NCBI GenBank assembly: GCA_937925775.1
Contig: CALAMM010000141.1
Coordinates: forward strand, 1-24,206
DNA: 24,206 nucleotides
Origin: an uncultured Fimbriimonadales bacterium
GTDB taxonomy: Bacteria > Armatimonadota > Fimbriimonadia > Fimbriimonadales > GBS-DC
Direction of reading: 5' to 3'
The notes below the pieces were generated by a model, which worked only from the letters and a program-made list of their open reading frames with translations, was not told where the DNA came from and searched no databases. The first letter of the stretch is position 1. Each line of letters starts with the position of its first letter. This document shows, in pieces, positions 1 to 9,984 of this stretch. Made by a program: the position numbers and the translations under genes.

Positions 1-2
1 TT

Positions 3-176
3 GCAGGCGTGGAGGGCGATGTGGACGGCAACGGGTGCGTGGATGACGCCGACCTGTTGCAGGTGCTGTTCAACTTCGGCGCGACGGGCGCGAACGACGC
101 CGATGTGAACGGCGACAACATCGTCGACGACGCGGATCTGCTGATTGTGCTGTTCAACTTCGGCACAGGCTGCTGA
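3..176 (+). CDS. 3' fragment of a probable secreted/surface protein ending in a tandem EF-hand-like, GC-type dockerin domain (5'-truncated by the window edge)
   Basis: The frame from position 3 reads AGVEGDVDGNGCVDDADLLQVLFNFGATGANDADVNGDNIVDDADLLIVLFNFGTGC*. It has two DxDG/NxxVDDADLLxVLFNFG Ca-binding-like repeats, a terminal Gly-Cys, and TGA at 174-176. It is absent from the ORF track because there is no start codon in the window. Confidence 0.85.
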   Translation, partial: AGVEGDVDGNGCVDDADLLQVLFNFGATGANDADVNGDNIVDDADLLIVLFNFGTGC

Positions 177-186
177 AAGCCGTTCT

Positions 187-219
187 CTGTGGGGGTGCGC
201 CCATAGCGCGCCCCCACAG
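187..219. terminator. GC-rich hairpin between convergent genes (bidirectional terminator and/or GTGG-type REP)
   Basis: CTGTGGGGGTGCGC (187-200) pairs with GCGCGCCCCCACAG (206-219): 14 bp with one G-U pair and a 5-nt loop. It lies between the stop at 176 and the mutS2 stop at 257. Confidence 0.7.
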
Positions 220-256
220 TTCGTTTGCCACCGCGAGCTCTTGCGGAGAGCCGTAT

Positions 257-2602
257 TCACCGCTTCTTGAAGTTCACAATCGTCACCCCCTCACCCCCCT
301 CCGCGTTGGAAGGATGAAAGAATGAGCGCACCTGCGGGTGCGTCTTGAGGTAGTTCCAGACCATGTTGCGCAGGGCGCCGGTACCTTTGCCGTGTTGCAC
401 GCGCACGCTGTCATAGCCTGCGAGCAGCGCGTCGTCGATGTATTTCTCCAGCAAGGGTTGCGCCTCTTCCACGCGCAAGCCGTGCAGGTCCAACTCCAGC
501 GGGACGGGCTGTGCGGGGCGCGGCTTGCTTACCTGCACGGTGGGCTTCGGCGCGGCGGGTCTCTCCAACGGCTCTAAGTCGTCCAGGGCGACCGGGATGC
601 GCAGTTTGCCGACATAAACTTGCGCTCGCCCCTCGGCGGGCGGGGAGGCGAGGGTGCCCGTCTGTCCGAGACTGCGGATGCGCACGCGCATACCGACCTC
701 CCAGTTGGCAGGGGGCGCGGAGGGGGGTTGAGCGGGAGTTTCCGTGTGCGCTGCCGCGCGCGCTTTGTCCATCAGTTTCGCAAGTTGGTCGCGGAGCTGG
801 GCGGTGTGCTTGTTCTCGCGTGGCGCTTGCCGTAGCTGGCGCAGGATTTGCTCGGCTTCCGCGCGGAGTTGCTCCAGATACGCCTCGACGGCTTGCTGGG
901 CGCGCTGTTTCGCCGCGCGTTTTTCCTGTTCCAGCGCGGCGCGCTCCTCACGCAGACGCGCCTCCTGCTGGACAAGTTCCGCGAGCTTCGCCCGCCACTC
1001 CGCCTCCGCCTGCTCAGCAGCGCGACGGGCGCGGTCCAAATCGTGAATCATCGCGGTCAGGTTCACCTCTTGCACCCCCAGGAACTCGGTCGCCTGCTTC
1101 ACCACGCGCTCAGATAACCCCAGCCGACGGGCAATCTCCATCGCATGGCTTGCGCCCGGCACGCCCATCAATAGGCGGTAGGTGGGCTGCAGGGTCTCCA
1201 AGTCGAACTCCATCGCGGCGTTGATGAGTTTTGGATGGTGGTAGGCGAACGCTTTGAGTTCGCCGTAGTGAGTGGTGGCAACGACGCGCGCCTCACGCTC
1301 CAGCAGCGTCTGCAGGATGGCTCGCGCGAGCGCCGCGCCCTCCGTAGGGTCCGTGCCTGCGCCCAGCTCGTCCAGAAGCACGAGGCTGTAGCGTCCTGCC
1401 TGTTCTAAATAGCGAATAATATGGCGCATATGCCCCGAAAAAGTGGAAAGCGACTGCTGCAGGCTCTGCTCGTCGCCGATGTCGGCAAAAATGCCGTTGG
1501 GAACCGCCACGCGCGAGTGCGCTTTCGCTGGGATGTGAAGCCCCAGCAGGCTCATCAGCGTCAGCAGTCCCAGCGTTTTCAAAGTGACCGTCTTCCCGCC
1601 CGTGTTGGGTCCTGTAATCAACACACCGAGCCACTCGTGCCCCAGCTCGATGTCGATAGGCTTGACGGTCTCGCGGGGGATCATCGGGTGGCGCGCCCCC
1701 CGCAGCTTCCAGACACCCTCCGTGTTGATTTGTGGCATGGTGCAGTCCCAATCCAGCGCGAGCCTGCCCGCTGCGATGATGGCGTCGAGGTGTGCCAGCG
1801 CATCGACGGTCTGCCAGAGCGCATCGGCGTTGGCTTCCACCGCGCGCGACAGCCCATACAGAATGGCTTCGATCTCCTCCTGCTCCGCCGCCTGTAGCTC
1901 GCGCAGGCGGTTGCCGAGTTCAACGAGTGGTTCAGGCTCGATGAACAGCGTTGCGCCGCTCGCGCTGGCGTCGTGGACGATGCCCTTCACGCGCCCGCGC
2001 GCGTCGCTGCGCACCGGCAGGCAGTAGCGTCCACTCCGCAGGGTGTAGTGCGGCTCTTGCAGGGCGTCGCGCAGGGCGTGGATAAGGCGTTGGAGCTCGT
2101 CCGTGATGCGCTTGTGCAAGCGCTGCTGGTCGCGGCGCAGCTGCGCCAACTGTTCGCTGGCAGTGTCCAGCACCTCGCCTGATGGAGCGATGCACTGCGC
2201 AATTTGCTTTTCCAGTGCGCTCAGCGTGTGCAGGCGTTCCGCATAGACGGCGAGGCGCGGGTAATGCGCCGCGCGGGGGAGCAAGTGGCTCTTATACAGG
2301 CGCGCCCCTTGCAAAAGCTTCTGAATGTGGAGCAGCTCTTCGGGGCTTAGCACGCCGCCCTTCTCGGCTTTCTGCAGGGCAGGGCGCGGCTCCGAAACGC
2401 GCAACGGCGGGGGCGGCTCACGCATCAGCAAACGCGCCGCGTCGTCCGTCTCCTGCAAACGCATCAGCACGAGATTCGCATCGCGACTCAGCTCACGCGC
2501 CCGCACATACTCACGCCCAAACGGCGTCTCAGCCCGCTTCGCCCACTCCTGACGCACATAGTCCAACTCCAAAATCCTAAGCGTGTGCGCGTCCCAGTCC
2601 AC
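257..2602 (-). CDS. mutS2: Endonuclease MutS2 (MutS2/Smr family)
   Basis: Walker A GPNTGGKT, LVLLDELGAGTDPTEG, TTHYGELK, GVPGASHA, a coiled coil, a KOW-like VGMRVRIRSLGQTG segment, and a C-terminal Smr domain (LDLHGLRVEEA...HGKGTGALR). Start moved from 2635 to GTG 2602 (MDWDAHTLRILE), 6 nt after a TACAAT box. Confidence 0.96.
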   Translation of the reverse strand: MDWDAHTLRILELDYVRQEWAKRAETPFGREYVRARELSRDANLVLMRLQETDDAARLLMREPPPPLRVSEPRPALQKAEKGGVLSPEELLHIQKLLQGARLYKSHLLPRAAHYPRLAVYAERLHTLSALEKQIAQCIAPSGEVLDTASEQLAQLRRDQQRLHKRITDELQRLIHALRDALQEPHYTLRSGRYCLPVRSDARGRVKGIVHDASASGATLFIEPEPLVELGNRLRELQAAEQEEIEAILYGLSRAVEANADALWQTVDALAHLDAIIAAGRLALDWDCTMPQINTEGVWKLRGARHPMIPRETVKPIDIELGHEWLGVLITGPNTGGKTVTLKTLGLLTLMSLLGLHIPAKAHSRVAVPNGIFADIGDEQSLQQSLSTFSGHMRHIIRYLEQAGRYSLVLLDELGAGTDPTEGAALARAILQTLLEREARVVATTHYGELKAFAYHHPKLINAAMEFDLETLQPTYRLLMGVPGASHAMEIARRLGLSERVVKQATEFLGVQEVNLTAMIHDLDRARRAAEQAEAEWRAKLAELVQQEARLREERAALEQEKRAAKQRAQQAVEAYLEQLRAEAEQILRQLRQAPRENKHTAQLRDQLAKLMDKARAAAHTETPAQPPSAPPANWEVGMRVRIRSLGQTGTLASPPAEGRAQVYVGKLRIPVALDDLEPLERPAAPKPTVQVSKPRPAQPVPLELDLHGLRVEEAQPLLEKYIDDALLAGYDSVRVQHGKGTGALRNMVWNYLKTHPQVRSFFHPSNAEGGEGVTIVNFKKR

Positions 2603-2608
2603 ATATGG

Positions 2609-2636
2609 ATTGTACCAGACGCAAATCGGGTACAAT
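2609..2636. promoter_or_regulatory. Back-to-back -10 boxes for mutS2 (minus strand) and gcvH (plus strand)
   Basis: Minus strand: TGG-TACAAT at 2617-2609 (extended -10). Plus strand: GGG-TACAAT at 2628-2636. The gcvH SD GGAGG is at 2645-2649. Confidence 0.65.
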
Positions 2637-2655
2637 AACAGCTCGGAGGCATCCT

Positions 2656-3036
2656 ATGAATACGCCTGCAGAGCTGCGCTACACACGAAGCGACGAATGG
2701 GTGCGAGTCGAGGGCGATATTGCCACCGTCGGCATCACGGACTACGCTCAGTCGGAGTTGGGCGAAATCGTGTTTCTGGAACTGCCCGAACCGGGACGCT
2801 ACCTGCAAACGGACGAAACTTTCGGCGTTATCGAGTCGGTCAAAGCGGCGTCCGACCTCTACGCGCCTGTGGAGGGCGAAGTCGTTGAGGTCAACGAGGC
2901 GCTCCCGTCCGCGCTGGAGACCATCAATCAAGACCCCTATGGCAAGGGCTGGATGATCAAAATCCGCATGAAAGACCCAAGCCAAGTGGAGAACCTGATG
3001 AGCGCAGAAGCGTATAGACACTATCGTCAACTCTGA
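2656..3036 (+). CDS. gcvH: Glycine cleavage system H protein
   Basis: LRYTRSDEWVR, VGITDYAQSELGEIVF, lipoyl-lysine motif ESVKAASDLYAPV, and NQDPYGKGW. True start is ATG 2656, after the SD GGAGG. Confidence 0.97.
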   Translation: MNTPAELRYTRSDEWVRVEGDIATVGITDYAQSELGEIVFLELPEPGRYLQTDETFGVIESVKAASDLYAPVEGEVVEVNEALPSALETINQDPYGKGWMIKIRMKDPSQVENLMSAEAYRHYRQL

Positions 3037-3045
3037 GGTTGGTCT

Positions 3046-4381
3046 ATGCCCTATATTCCTCATACCGAGCAAGACATTCAGCAGATGCTGGCGACGATAG
3101 GCGTCGCCTCGATACGCGACCTGTTTCAAGATGTTCCCGACGACCTGTATATCGAGGGCAGTTTGCCCGTGCCCGACGGTTTAGACGAGCATGCGCTTTA
3201 CAAACGCTTGAGCCAGCTCGCCGCGCGGAACGCCGACAGCACGCGCTTCATCAGCTTTTTGGGCGCAGGCGCATACGACCATTTCATCCCCGCCGTCGTC
3301 GGCGCGATTATCAGCCGTGGCGAGTTCCTCAGTGCGTACACGCCCTACCAGCCTGAAGCCAGTCAAGGACTGCTCCAGAGCATCTTCGAGTTCCAGACGA
3401 TGGTCTGTGAACTGACGGGTATGGATGTTGCGAACGCCTCGATGTACGACGCCTCCACCGCGCTGGCGGAGTCCGCGCTGATGGCGTGCAACATCACAGG
3501 CCGCTCTAAGGTGGTGGTCTCACAGGGCGTGCATCCCCACTATCGGCAAGTGGTGCGTACCTACCTGTGGACGAACAGCCGTCAGTTGGTGGAAGTTCCT
3601 ACGCGCGAGGGCATTACGGATATCGACGCGCTCCACGCGGTGATGGATGCCGAGACCGCCTGCGCGATTGTGCAGTACCCCAACTTTTTCGGCTTGATCG
3701 AGTCGCTCGCGCCTGTAGCAGAGGCGGCGCATCGGGTGGGCGCTCTGGCGATTGCCTGCGTCGACCCGATAGCGCTGGGCGTGCTGAAACCGCCAGGCGC
3801 GTACGGCTACGATATCGTCGTGGGCGAGGGGCAAGGACTCGGCAACGCGATGGGCTTCGGCGGACCGATGCTGGGGCTGTTCGCCTGCAAGCAGGAGCAT
3901 CTGCGACGCATTCCCGGACGAATCGTAGGGCAAACCACCGACGCCGAGGGCAGACGCGGCTTCGTGATGACCCTACGCACGCGCGAACAGGACATCCGCC
4001 GCGAGAAAGCCACCTCCAACATCTGTACCAACGAAGCGCTGTGCGCGTTAGCCAGTACGGTGTTTATGGCGTCGCTGGGCAAAAGCGGCTTCCGCGAGCT
4101 TTCTGAAACCTGCACCCAGAAAGCGCACTACGCCGCGCGCTTGCTCACCCAAATCCCAGGCGTGCGCCTCAAGTACCCCCACACGCCCTTCTACAAAGAG
4201 TTCGTGCTGGAGTTGCCGCGCCCTGCGCAGGAAGTATGCGACGCGCTGCTCGCCCACAACATCCTCGCAGGCTTGCCCCTCGGCGACTACGATCCCGCAA
4301 TGCAGAACGACCTGCTCGTGTGCGTCACGGAAACCCGCACCCGCGAGGAGATCGAGGCGTTCGCCGAAGCGCTGCGAACCG

Positions 4382-4389
<8 letters not shown>
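3046..4389 (+). CDS. gcvPA: Glycine dehydrogenase (decarboxylating) subunit 1
   Basis: 447 aa with FLGAGAY.H, YTPYQPEASQGLLQ.IFEFQT, NASMYD, and TREQDIRREKATSNICTN. These motifs and the length match the split-type P protein alpha subunit. Confidence 0.96.
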
Positions 4390-5895
<1,506 letters not shown>

Positions 5896-6027
5896 GAGGC
5901 GATACTACAACAAAGTGTTGAAAACGAAGATTGGTTGTGGCAATGTGCCGAGGCGGGTGTCCAGTTGGGCGATAGGTGGCGCGAGTTGGGCGGGCATGGA
6001 AGGCTACCTACTGTTTGCCTGGGTGCC

Positions 6028-7077
6028 TCATACTTCCCCCACCTGTGCGGCGAGCGCGTTCAGGATGCGTCGCCGATAGTCCAGATAGGCGTCCTTCTCG
6101 CGCGAGTAGTAGACATGGTTTGTAAGCAAGATGACCGCCATTTCGATGTGTGGGTCAAAGAGCATTACGGTTCCCGTGAAGCCCGAATGCCCCACGCAGC
6201 GTGTTGGGAACAGGTCGCCGCGCGGCAACATTGGGTTCGGGTGGGCGAACAGTCCTAGCGTGTGCATACTGGGCGTCTGATTGCCCACCTGCGCCTGCGG
6301 GGTCAGCAGCAGTTGAACTGCGTAGTACGATAACAGGGGTCGCCCGCCGCTCAGCACCATCCGCGCGTAGCGGATAAGGTCCTCCAGCGTGCCGAACAGT
6401 CCGGCATGCCCCGCGACGCCGCCCATCGCGTAGGCGTTCTCGTCATGCACTTCGCCGCGAATCGTGTGGTCGGGTCGGTTTTCAGAGTTTCTTGTGGGGG
6501 CGACGCGCTCATGCCATTCAGGGGGCGGGCAGTAGCAGGTCGATGACAATCCCAGTGGCTCGGCGATTTTCGTTTGGAATAGTTCCGCCTGCGACTGGTC
6601 GTACACGCGCTCCAGAATCGCGCCCATCAGGATGTAGCCGAGGTCGCTGTAGGTGTAGCCTTGCGCGGGGGGGCGCGTGCGCGGGGTCTCGAGCGCCGCT
6701 CGGATTACAGATTCGCGCGTCTCAGCGTTTTTGTAGAGGGCGCGCCACGCAGGTAGCCCCGCAGTATGGGTAAGCAGGTGTTTTACCAGCACGCCAGCGT
6801 GGTGCTTCGCTTCCGGGAAAAAGCGAGTGAGGGGCGTCTCCAGCGTCAGCTTGCCCTCTTCAAGCGCAAGCAAGGCAAGAGTCGTGGTGCTAATCGGCGT
6901 GGTGAGCGAGGCGAGGTCGTAGATGGTCGTCGCGCTGGTCTGCTCGCGGCGTTCGGGGTCAGGCGTGCCGAACAGCCCCTGATACTTCACGCGCCCGCCC
7001 AGCAGCACGGCGCACGCCGCGCTGGGGAAGATTTTCTGCTCAATAGCCTCCTGAATCACGCTCTCTACGCTGGGCAT
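6028..7077 (-). CDS. Serine hydrolase, beta-lactamase class C/AmiE-like fold, with a non-canonical SxxT motif
   Basis: YDLASLT(T)P, LLTHTAGL, YTYSDLGYILMG, GEVHDENA..MGGVAGHAGLF, GHSGFTGT, and ILLTN. SD GGAG lies upstream and the start is 5 nt after the GHL10 stop. Confidence 0.88.
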   Translation of the reverse strand: MPSVESVIQEAIEQKIFPSAACAVLLGGRVKYQGLFGTPDPERREQTSATTIYDLASLTTPISTTTLALLALEEGKLTLETPLTRFFPEAKHHAGVLVKHLLTHTAGLPAWRALYKNAETRESVIRAALETPRTRPPAQGYTYSDLGYILMGAILERVYDQSQAELFQTKIAEPLGLSSTCYCPPPEWHERVAPTRNSENRPDHTIRGEVHDENAYAMGGVAGHAGLFGTLEDLIRYARMVLSGGRPLLSYYAVQLLLTPQAQVGNQTPSMHTLGLFAHPNPMLPRGDLFPTRCVGHSGFTGTVMLFDPHIEMAVILLTNHVYYSREKDAYLDYRRRILNALAAQVGEV

Positions 7078-7082
7078 CGTTC

Positions 7083-8222
7083 CTACTCCGCTGCTCCGAA
7101 AGGGTTGGGGGCCACCTCACGCGCAATCTGGCGTAGATAGGTCTCGCTCTTACCGTCTTGGGTGATGGCGTCGTAAGAGAAGAGGCTGAATCCACGCGCG
7201 CCGCTGCGTCGAACTGCCCGAATCTTGTTGATGGTGCTATCGGGGGAGATTTGCCATGCGCCGATGCCGATAATCACAGGACGCCCCTGCGCCTGCTCCA
7301 CGACGCGCACCGCTTGATGCTGGACGACTGCGGTATCCTTGTCATACGCCATCGGCACCACCGTGTCCAGCCAGTCGCTGCGTAGCCAGTGGAGCCAGTC
7401 CTGCAGTTTGTGTTTTGCGGCGGCTTGCGGGTCGGGCCACACCGCCGCCGAGAGGATGAGATTGGGGTTGATGCGCCGCGACTGGCGGCTGAACGCCCAC
7501 ACGAACGCGCTCACTTGCTCGCGTCGCCAGTCGCTCCACTCGGCGGGGAACGCCTCAATCCACGCAAGCGGGTTTCGCCCCCTCGCGCTCCGATCGAGCT
7601 GGGCACGGCGCGCCTCGGAAACGCGCTCCAGCATCGTCTGACGAAACCGCGCCCGACAGCCCGCGCAATAGCAATACCCCTCGTAAGGATAGCGCACATA
7701 GTCAAGGTGCAGCCCGTCCAGCTGCGGATAGCGCTGGGCAACCTCTGCGAACACTTTCAGCAGGTGCGTGCGCACATTCGGGTTGCTGGGACACAGGTAA
7801 ACGCCTTCGACCTTGCCTGCGGTGGTCATCTGATAGCGGTTTTGGGCGTCGCGGGCAATCCACTGGGGGCTACGACTGACAACATGCTGGCTGCTGCGCG
7901 GTAGGCGAGGTTGACTCCACACATAAAAAACATTCAGCCAAGCGTGAACCTGCAGTCCCATCCCTTCCGCACAGCGCAGCAGGTAATCCAGCGGGTCGAA
8001 CTCGGCGGGCTGGCTCGCTAACGCCTCCGCACGAGGCTCATAACTCGAGCGGTAGTAGGCGTCGCCGCGTCCGCGCACCTGCACAAACAGCGCGTTGAAC
8101 CCGTAGCGCGCCGCCAACTCCAAAAACCGCTCGATCGAGCTCGGCGACACCAACGAATTGCGCACCACCCACAGGGCGCGCATCTCCTCTGGCAGCCGAT
8201 GTCGGGCAACACGAGGCATCAT
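7083..8222 (-). CDS. Glycosyl hydrolase-like 10 (GHL10/YddW-DigH-like) family protein
   Basis: EMRALWVVR, GFNALFVQVRGRGDAYY, FDPL, GLQVHAWLN, YLCPSNPNVR, GLHLDYVRYP, QDW..W, and PMAY. The start is uncertain: ATG 8222 was chosen and GTG 8339 is the longest option. Confidence 0.85.
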   Translation of the reverse strand: MMPRVARHRLPEEMRALWVVRNSLVSPSSIERFLELAARYGFNALFVQVRGRGDAYYRSSYEPRAEALASQPAEFDPLDYLLRCAEGMGLQVHAWLNVFYVWSQPRLPRSSQHVVSRSPQWIARDAQNRYQMTTAGKVEGVYLCPSNPNVRTHLLKVFAEVAQRYPQLDGLHLDYVRYPYEGYCYCAGCRARFRQTMLERVSEARRAQLDRSARGRNPLAWIEAFPAEWSDWRREQVSAFVWAFSRQSRRINPNLILSAAVWPDPQAAAKHKLQDWLHWLRSDWLDTVVPMAYDKDTAVVQHQAVRVVEQAQGRPVIIGIGAWQISPDSTINKIRAVRRSGARGFSLFSYDAITQDGKSETYLRQIAREVAPNPFGAAE

Positions 8223-8307
8223 ACCCAATTTTCGGCGCGTGAGGAACCGTTCCTGCCCCTCTGTAAGAACCCCCCAAGCGTAGCTCGGAGTAGAGGAGAA
8301 GGCAGGC

Positions 8308-8354
8308 TTTGCCCTCTCCTGCGCCCTCCGCTGCCACACGCGGGAGAGGGCAAA
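8308..8354. repeat. CCCTCTCC/GGAGAGGG-type palindromic (REP-like) hairpin
   Basis: TTTGCCCTCTCCTGCG (8308-8323) pairs with CGCGGGAGAGGGCAAA (8339-8354): 16 bp with one wobble. A related CCCCTCTCCC element occurs at 23953-23992. Confidence 0.65.
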
Positions 8355-8372
8355 AGGGGTTCACCTCACCGA

Positions 8373-9179
8373 TTACACCGTCACTTTCGCGTAATCGAGC
8401 GCGTGGCGGATGGGGCTGTCGAAGTGCGGCGGAATCTTCGCAATCATCCCGAAAATCACTTTACGGATGCGCTCCGCGTTCTGATGGAACACATGCATCA
8501 CCTCTTCTGCCGTGACAGGCTTCACCTCGCCCTCCGCGACCAACCCGCTGTCGTAGTCCGTAATCAGCGAGATGTTCACCACAGGAATCGCCAGTTCCAA
8601 CGCGAGGTACGCCTCAGGATACTGCGTCATGTTAATCACTTCCCAGCCCATCGAGGTGAACCACTTACTCTCGGCTTTGGTGGAGAAGCGGGGACCGTTG
8701 ATGACCACGATGGTACCGCGTTCGTGGACGGGGATGCCGTGAGCGCGGATCTCTTCGATGGCAATTTGGCGCAGCACGGGACAGTAGGGGTCGGCAGGCG
8801 AGACATGGTGGACCGTGGGACCCTCATAGAAGGTGTCGGCACGCCCGTGCGTGCGGTCGACATACTGGTCTGCCACCACAAAGTCGCCCGGCTTGACATG
8901 GCGTTGCAGGCTCCCTGCAGCACAGGGGCTAATAATCGCCTGCACGCCGAGTTCCTTCATCGCCCAGAGGTTGGCGCGGTAGTTGATTTTATGGGGTGGG
9001 ATGGAGTGTTTGCGTCCGTGTCGGGGCAGGAACGCCACGCGCCGCCCGTTCACTTCGCCAATCGATATCAGGTCGCTGGGCGGACCGTAGGGTGTGTCGA
9101 TTTTAACTTCTTCGACCTTGTCCAGAAACGAATAGAATCCTGAGCCGCCGAAGACTCCAATCTCAGCCGAAGGTTTCAT
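8373..9179 (-). CDS. mtnP: S-methyl-5'-thioadenosine phosphorylase
   Basis: IGVFGGSGFY, FLPRHG..H.IPPH.INYRAN, DQYVDRT, GPRFSTKAE, INMT..PE, and ITDYD. The DYD pair is typical of the aminopurine-specific MTAP type. SD AGGAGG at 9191-9186. Confidence 0.93.
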   Translation of the reverse strand: MKPSAEIGVFGGSGFYSFLDKVEEVKIDTPYGPPSDLISIGEVNGRRVAFLPRHGRKHSIPPHKINYRANLWAMKELGVQAIISPCAAGSLQRHVKPGDFVVADQYVDRTHGRADTFYEGPTVHHVSPADPYCPVLRQIAIEEIRAHGIPVHERGTIVVINGPRFSTKAESKWFTSMGWEVINMTQYPEAYLALELAIPVVNISLITDYDSGLVAEGEVKPVTAEEVMHVFHQNAERIRKVIFGMIAKIPPHFDSPIRHALDYAKVTV

Positions 9180-9876
9180 CTAATAGCCTCCTGTTCTGTT
9201 CGGTGTATTGCAGGGCTTGAGCGGCGGCGTTCTGCTCTGCCTGTTTCTTGCTGGGTCCGACGCCTTGCCCTACAACGATGTCGCGCAGTTTGACGCGCAC
9301 GACGAAGGTTTTATTGTGGGGCGTGCCCCGCTCCTCGACCACTTCGTAGGTGGGGGTAATGCGCCACCACGCCTGCGTGCGCTCCTGCAGCTGCGACTTG
9401 TAGTCCTGCACGGGCATTGCGCCTGCTTCGAGGGCGTCCAGTTCGGGCTTGAGGTGTTGCAAGGTATACTCGCGCGCGGCTTTGTAGCCTGCGTCGAGGT
9501 AGATTGCGCCCACGACGGCTTCGAAGGCGTCGGCGAGGATGGAGGGGCGTTCCCGTCCGCCCGACGCCTCTTCAGCCGGGCTCAGGCGCAGCAAGCCTGC
9601 AATCCCCGCACGCTTCGCCGCTTCGCACAGCACGCTCGACCGCACAATGCTCGCCCGCGCCTTCGATAACTGACCCTGATCCCAGTGCGGATACCGCTGG
9701 TATAGGTACTCGGCGATAATCAAGCCCACCACCGCATCGCCCAACAGCTCAAGGCGCTCGTTGCTCGCCAGCAACTCGCCTTCCGTATGTGAGCGATGGG
9801 TGAGGGCTTGCACTGCTAACTGCTTGTTCCGAATAGGCAGGTGGACACCTGCCTTTTTCAGCCACCAGAAGCGCAC
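9163..9876 (-). CDS. rnc: Ribonuclease III
   Basis: ALTHRS, signature NERLELLGDAVV, ILADAFEAVVGAIYLD, and dsRBD DYKSQLQE...GPSKKQAEQNAA. Start moved to GTG 9876, 7 nt after TATAAT. It overlaps the mtnP start by 17 nt. Confidence 0.95.
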   Translation of the reverse strand: MRFWWLKKAGVHLPIRNKQLAVQALTHRSHTEGELLASNERLELLGDAVVGLIIAEYLYQRYPHWDQGQLSKARASIVRSSVLCEAAKRAGIAGLLRLSPAEEASGGRERPSILADAFEAVVGAIYLDAGYKAAREYTLQHLKPELDALEAGAMPVQDYKSQLQERTQAWWRITPTYEVVEERGTPHNKTFVVRVKLRDIVVGQGVGPSKKQAEQNAAAQALQYTEQNRRLLDETFG

Positions 9877-9883
9877 GACCAAA

Positions 9884-9892
9884 ATTATACCC
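9884..9892 (-). promoter_or_regulatory. -10 box of the rnc operon (probable leaderless transcript)
   Basis: GGG-TATAAT, then 7 nt, then GTG. There is no SD. Confidence 0.65.
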
Positions 9893-9984
9893 CGCCCGCG
9901 CACAAAGCGATTTTAGATAGCAGGAATCGCGCCCCACGCCCCGAATCGGCTTCCCGCAACCTATGCGGAGGAGGACTGATAACC

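Noticed and set aside
2603-2655. Glycine riboswitch upstream of gcvH
   Set aside because: The gap is only 53 bp and lacks the glycine aptamer motifs.
2488-3129. 213-aa minus-strand ORF across gcvH
   Set aside because: It is antisense to gcvH/gcvPA and overlaps mutS2 out of frame, with no family features.
5907-5999. 30-codon minus-strand mini-ORF (MPAQLAPPIAQ...) after the serine hydrolase
   Set aside because: It has no SD and no recognisable motif, and is short enough to occur by chance.
8199-9143. 314-aa plus-strand ORF
   Set aside because: It is fully antisense to the well-supported mtnP, has no recognisable motifs, and is a typical GC-rich shadow frame.
9745-9771. RNase III signature ERLELLGD instead of ERLEFLGD
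   Set aside because: It is a conservative hydrophobic change and the catalytic acidic residues are retained.
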